64,000 nt of DNA from NCBI RefSeq assembly GCF_964204645.1, contig NC_134036.1, positions 8,682,230 through 8,746,229 on the forward strand, in the 5' to 3' direction. Of this stretch, positions 61,962 through 64,000 are shown in pieces. The stretch comes from Tubulanus polymorphus (Eukaryota > Animalia > Nemertea). The notes under the pieces are model-generated. The model worked only from the letters and a program-made list of their open reading frames with translations. It did not search any database and was not told the origin of the DNA. The position numbers and the translations under genes were made by a program. The first letter of the stretch is position 1, and each line of letters opens with the position of its first letter.

Positions 61962-64000
61962 GTTTAGATTACTTAGCGCTTAATGATAATCATTTATTCG
62001 TTCTATTATTTGATATATACGATCTATCGCTACTAGTTTATAGAAGCTTCGTCGGGTCGCTTCTTTAGACTAGCAGAAAAAACTCGTACTTGCCAAATAG
62101 ATAAAGAAAACCCTCAAAGTGCTGCCTATTTTATGTCAATTCAATAGATATTGAGTTAAGACTTAATTTTGAAATATGTTTAAGCGATTTCTATAGAAAA
62201 ACAAATCAATTTGCTTGTCTCGAATTTGACAGATAAATTTGAGTGAAAAAATGTTTTCCACTTTGTACTAAGTTCGATTTGCAGATTATCGAATTTCGAC
62301 ATTAACCGTTGCATCTTAATATCCGACTTTAAGAGGACCTATCTCGCGATATTGTCCAAAGATTTGACGTCTCCGGGGTCCTGGGATTAAATCCTTGCCT
62401 CGGCCGGTGTAAGTTTCATAGTCTAGTATTCTAACTGGTGAGATAAGAAATTCTGGTCCACAGTGATATTCAGGTTTCTGTTTCGCTGATAGGAAGTTTA
62501 TTGGGCGCCAGAGTCCTACATTAGGTGTACTGATAATCTTGTCTTTGATTTTTTCAGATGAACAGTTATTTGTGTATTTCCTAATCTGAATATTTCTTAC
62601 TAGTACATTGTAACTCAGTCATTCGTTATCATATTCCGACAATGGGGCTGATTTGACATTTCATAGAATCACTGAAAACATACTATAAATTAGAATTGTC
62701 TGTGCGAAAATTTCAACAAATAAGTTCCGTGATTGCCAGGAAAATGGGTTTAGTTTACTTAGCGCTTAATAATAAACATTATTCTTTCAATTAAGTGCTA
62801 CGATATTTTGAAATGATTAGAATGATATAAAGTCTACATATATTTATAGGGAAAATTAAGAAGAAGCAAGCCGTTTTAACCAGAATAAATTGACCGAAAT
62901 TCATTAACCAAAAGAATTGATGTTAAACACGTAGTACTCTTTAGGTAGTCTACATTTATTTGATATATACGATCTATCGCTACTAGTTTATAGAAGCTTC
63001 ATCGGGTCGCTTCTTTAGACTAGCAGAAAAAACTCGTACTTGCCAAATAGATAAAGAAAACCCTCAAAGTGCTGCCTGTCAATTCAATAGATATTGAGTT
63101 AAGACTTAATTTTGAAATATGTTAAAGCGATTTCTATAGAAAAACAAATCAATTTGCTTGTCTCGAATTTGACAGATAAATTTGAGTGAAAAAATGTTTT
63201 CTACTTTGTACTAAGTTCGATTTGCAGATTATCGAATTTCGACATTAACCGTTGCGTCTTAATATCCGACTTTAAGAGGACTTTTCTCGCGATATTGTCC
63301 AAAGATTTGACGTCTCCGGGGTCCTGGGATTAAATCCTTGCCTCGGCCGGTGTAAGTTTCATAGTCTAGTATTCTAACTGGTGAGATAAGAAATTCTGGT
63401 CCACGGTGACATTCAGGTTTCTGTTTCGCTGATAGGAAGTTTATTGGGCGCCAGAGTCTTACATTAGGTGTACTGATAACCTTGTCTTTGATTTTTTAGA
63501 TGAACAGTTATTTCTGTATTTAATTCCTAATCTGAACATTTCTTACTAGTACATTGAAACTCAGTCATTCGTTATCATATTTTGACAATGGGGCTGATTT
63601 GACATTTCATAGAATCACTGAAAACATACCATAATTAGAATTGTCTGTGCGAAAATTTCAACAAATAAGTTCCGTGATTGCCAGGAAAATAGGTTTAGAT
63701 TAGTTAGCGCTTAATAATAAACATTATTCGTTCAATTAAGTGCTATACGATATTTTGAAATGATTAGAATGATATAAAGTCTACATATATTTATAGGTAA
63801 AATTAAGAAGAAGCAAGCCGTTTTAACCAGAATAAATTGACCGAAATTCATTAACCAAAAGAATTGACGTTAAACAGGTAGTACTCTGTAGGTAGTCTAC
63901 ATTTATTTGATGTATACGATCTATCGCTACTAGTTTATAGAAGCTTCATCGGGTCGCTTCTTTAGACTAGCAGAAAAATTCGTACTTGCCAAATAGATAA
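61962..64000. repeat. ~950-bp tandem repeat array, more than 2 units, continuing past the window end
   Basis: atttgat(a/g)tatacgatctatcgctactagttta recurs near 62008, 62958 and 63905 with highly similar sequence between. Confidence 0.93.

Overview
AT-rich eukaryotic DNA, most likely from an invertebrate animal (GT-AG introns, NLR gene, LINE, MITE and satellite debris). The centrepiece is a complete 18,180-bp endogenous Polinton/Maverick-type virus (15611-33790) with a 6-bp target-site duplication (TSD) GGCAAT, AGT...ACT ends and ~599-bp terminal inverted repeats (TIRs). It encodes protein-primed PolB, penton, major capsid protein, A32-like ATPase, rve integrase-chromodomain, an NCLDV-type HNH nuclease and a block of small membrane proteins, but no recognisable maturation protease or transcription enzymes. 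Most striking: 14 of 17 gene starts are exactly TAAATG, the poxvirus post-replicative initiator, with T-tract and A-tract upstream classes that roughly separate structural from replication genes. In addition, each TIR starts with a 405-bp imperfect hairpin carrying its own AGT...ACT ends. Together these suggest (inference) a virophage-like element relying on a pox-like cytoplasmic helper virus. The flanks hold a near-perfect palindrome of at least 4.4 kb (1-4427), a 31-bp satellite interrupted by a Helentron/HINE-like element, a disrupted NACHT-LRR exon bracketed by perfect 37-bp inverted repeats, a Kolobok-like element, a SET-domain exon head-to-head with a multi-exon ParB/Srx-like gene, Harbinger-type MITEs, an inverted pair of hammerhead-like motifs and a ~950-bp tandem array running off the window. 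All calls were made by eye; no database searches were run.
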